From the NCBI RefSeq assembly GCF_009914755.1, contig NC_060925.1: DNA of 64,000 nucleotides. One strand, written 5' to 3'. Below, one piece after another: positions 61,177-64,000 of this stretch. The notes beneath the pieces were generated by a model. It saw nothing but the letters and a program-made list of their open reading frames with translations, did no database searches and had not been told where the DNA came from. The DNA is from the human T2T-CHM13v2.0 reference genome, Homo sapiens. The first letter of the stretch is position 1; the number at the start of each line of letters is the position of its first letter. The position numbers were made by a program, and so were the translations under genes.

Positions 61177-61622
61177 TTTCATGCGCGTCCGTGTGAAGAG
61201 ACCACCAAAGAGGCTTTGTGTGAGCAACATGGCTGTTTATTTCACCTGGGTGCAGGTGGGCTGAGTCCAAAAAGAGAGTCAGCGAAGGGAGATAAGGGTG
61301 GGGCCGTTTTATAGGATTTGGGTAGGTAAAGGAAAATTACAGTCAAAGGGGGTTTGTTCTCTGGCAGGCAGGAGTGGGGGTCGCAAGGTGCTCAGTGGGG
61401 GTGCTTTTTGAGCCAGGATGAGCCAGGAAAAGGACTTTCACAAAGTAATGTCATCACTTAAGGCAAGGACCGGCCATTTACACTTCTTTTGTGGTGGAAT
61501 GTCATCAGTTAAGGTGGGGCAGAGCATATTCACTTCTTTTGTAATTCTTCAGTAACTTCAGGCCATCTGAAGTGCAAGTCACAGGGGATGCAATGGCTTG
61601 GCTTGGGCTCAGAGGCCTGACA
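61177..61622 (-). mobile_element. 5' LTR (LTR7), 446 bp, promoter
   Basis: TATAAAA at 61307-61313; two ACAAAAGA motifs (61485-61492, 61535-61542); CCCCACC boxes. Confidence 0.97.
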
Positions 61623-61867
61623 CCTACTTCTTAAGATTGTCATGAGGATTGTCATGAGTATGACAGTGACATACTACTTGCAAAATCACTTTTTAAACCG
61701 TAAAGTTGCTCAGCACTCCAATTATTTCATGCATAGGGAGTCTCTCCAAAAGTTACAAAAACTTCTCCCTACTACAAATAATAGGAATTTAAAAAGCTTC
61801 CATTTATTAACTATCTACTATGTACCAGATACTTTTCACTCTTCCATCATTCATTCACTAATTCATT

Positions 61868-61869
<2 letters not shown>

Positions 61870-61902
<33 letters not shown>
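61870..61902 (+). repeat. (TA)16 microsatellite
   Basis: Perfect dinucleotide run. Confidence 0.97.
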
Positions 61903-61906
<4 letters not shown>

Positions 61907-63744
61907 TTCCATGTGTTATGTCAGTATACGGTGGATTAAACAAAGTTAGAAGCCATCCCTTCTCTCCTAGAGATGGCTCTTTTATAAGGGAGGCAAACAG
62001 TAAAGAAGAAAACAGAGACCCATATTAGGACAAGTAGTTAGAATTCTATGAAGAAAAAGAGCAGGGCATGGTGGGAAGTGTATTGAGGATGGGTTTGGTC
62101 TGTATTAGCTGGAAGTACCCGGGGCTTGTTAGACTTTTGAACATTTGTTTATTCCAAGTATAATGGGGGAAGTTTAGGGTTTTTAAGCATGAGTATGATG
62201 ATCTAATTTAAGTTTCAGAGAATGGTGAGCAAGAGAGACCACTTATGAGGCATTTACAATCAATACATACAACATTTCCTTGTGACTGGTATTATTATTC
62301 CCATTTTCCTGGGAAACAGGTTCAGAAAAGTGAGATGATTTACCCAGACTTTTCTAGTAAGTGTCAGAACTGGGACTCCCAGCCAGATGTCTCCCACTGG
62401 AGCCCAGGCTTAACGACTGGCATCTCCATCCACAGTTCTAATTTCTTACAGATTCCTTTGTAACTACCTTCTCTATCCTAATTCCTAGTCATTCCCAGTA
62501 CCGGATACCGTACACTGCTGGTTCTGGAAAGATCTGTTGAATATATTTTTGTTTTATCCTTTAAAATTCAGTTCCCAAAAGAAAGCCCTAAAGCAACCTT
62601 TCCCAGTTCTCTCCAGGTCCAGCCCCCTCCCCAGACCCAAGATTGCTCACACATCCTCCTGCCTGGAGGAGGAAGAGGGAGCGTTCCTGGGGACTGCTGT
62701 GCCCGTTCCCACCCAACTGCTAACAAGGCTTTGAAATGAAAATGAAATCATAAAGTCTCATCGAATCTGCTCAACTTTCTGTCCCTTTTCATATGCCTTT
62801 CCATGGATATTCAAGAGCCAAGCCTCAATAGGTTGTAAATCCTCTTGGGGGCTGCAGTTGGAGCGATTTCACAGGCAAGAGAGAAATTCTTCCCTCCCGG
62901 GACCCTGCCCCGCCCCTTGCAAGCACTTGCAAGCCGCCTTGGAGATGCCAGGGAAGGAGGCCTTCCCCACGCCTGGCAGCCCCCCTAGCCTAGCCCAAGG
63001 AGGATGGGATCCCACGCTGCTGCTGCTTCCCCAAGGTTCGGTTTCCCCACCAGGGCCTCAACGGTATCTTAGGGCGTCCAACAGTGCCTCGCAGAGGAGA
63101 CACTCCATAAAGTTGTATGAATTAACTAGTTTGGCTCTGAAAAGTGGGCAATAATAGTAGGTACCTCACAGCGTCGTTGAGGCATTGAAGTAACAGAGCT
63201 GGAAATTCCCAGCAGAGGACGTTGCCTTCCTTCCTCCCTTCCTCTCTTCCTTCTTTTCCTTCCCTTCTTCCTTTATTCCCTCCAGGCCATTAGGAGCCAC
63301 ATCTCCTTCAGCCCCTTTCTGCTTCCTGCTTTTGAATCTCTTCCTCCTGCTGCTATTTTTAGCAGGAGAGGTCTCTACCCTGGAAGCTGGCAGAGGTGCT
63401 GAGAGCAAAACTTTTCAAAGCAACCCCACCTCCCACCCCTACCCCCACCCCCGCCGCCCCCAGGGTCAGCGGCCTCTTGACAGCCCTCAGGCTAGGTGTG
63501 GGAAGATCTGGGAGCTCAGCAGAGGCGTTCCCTGGGTGTTTCCCACCGCCTGTTAGGGGCTGGTAGAGGGTAATGCTGTTCCTTTGGCCTTTCTTGCTGG
63601 AAATATTTCAGGGAACGTGAGGACACAGTAAGGTTTCTGACTTGGTTTGCCTGTGGGAAAACACAAAGCTGAACTTCACTTGCCACCCCTATGTCCAAAC
63701 ATAATTAATTATAAACCGGTCTTGCATTCTACTGGCATTCTTCA

Positions 63745-63928
63745 GCCCCAGCTCTCTATTTTAGCATTTATAACTGAAACTATGGTTTCACTGATTTATA
63801 ATAGATGCTTGTCTCTCCACCAACTCAGAGTTTCTCCAGGATAAAGGTTTGTCTTTTTCATCTCAGTGCTAGTATCTGGTGTACTAGTGGGTCTCAGAAA
63901 AAAAGCCTGTTGAATAAATGAGTTTGTT
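63745..63928 (+). mobile_element. L2 3' end
   Basis: CTTGTCTCTCCACCAACTCAGAGTTTCTCCAGG...GTGGGTCTCAG...TGTTGAATAAATGA. Confidence 0.65.
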
Positions 63929-64000
63929 TAGTGCCTATGACATGCAACACCCTGCTATATAAAGGTGAGGGCAAAAAGAGTCCAAAACTCAGGAAGCTTG

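Larger units (their letters stand above)
55801..61622 (-). mobile_element. HERV-H provirus, 5,822 bp, internally deleted (RTVL-H2-like common form)
   Basis: Two homologous LTRs starting TGTCAGGCCTCTGAG and ending GGACGCGCATGAAA (minus strand); TSD CCTAC at 55796-55800 and 61623-61627; His PBS; gag, pro, pol and env remnants in order. Confidence 0.98.

Noticed and set aside
63332-63556. ORF with a signal-peptide-like start (MNLFLLLLFLAG)
   Set aside because: Begins at TTG within a pyrimidine tract that forces Leu/Phe codons; no recognisable domain follows.
63955-63965. TATATAAA near the window end
   Set aside because: Isolated motif just after an L2 tail; the downstream sequence needed to judge a promoter is outside the window.

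Overview
Primate (very probably human/great-ape) genomic DNA, dominated by interspersed repeats, with no recognisable protein-coding exon. The ORF track is almost entirely Alu, L1, LTR or simple-repeat artefact. The main feature is a 5,822-bp minus-strand HERV-H provirus (55801-61622): two LTR7-type LTRs, a perfect CCTAC target-site duplication (TSD), an intact 18-nt tRNA-His primer-binding site, TATA box, poly(A) signal and splice donor, but a deleted and stop-ridden gag/pro/pol/env. It sits inside a MIR and faces a 710-bp degenerate (GT/CA) tract. The rest is a nested L1 cluster (about 1.6-7.9 kb), about 27 Alu copies or fragments, MaLR/ERVL LTRs, hAT and Tc1/mariner MITEs, MIR and L2. I found no convincing undescribed biological system. 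The best leads are (i) the HERV-H as a candidate pluripotency promoter/lncRNA source and (ii) several DNA-repair or rearrangement scars: a tail-less inverted Alu fusion, a 35-bp templated insertion copied from 2.4 kb away, a hairpin-templated mutation in the 5' LTR and a collapsed monomeric Alu. Repeat subfamily names come from recalled consensus motifs, not from a database search. Boundaries of old elements are approximate.
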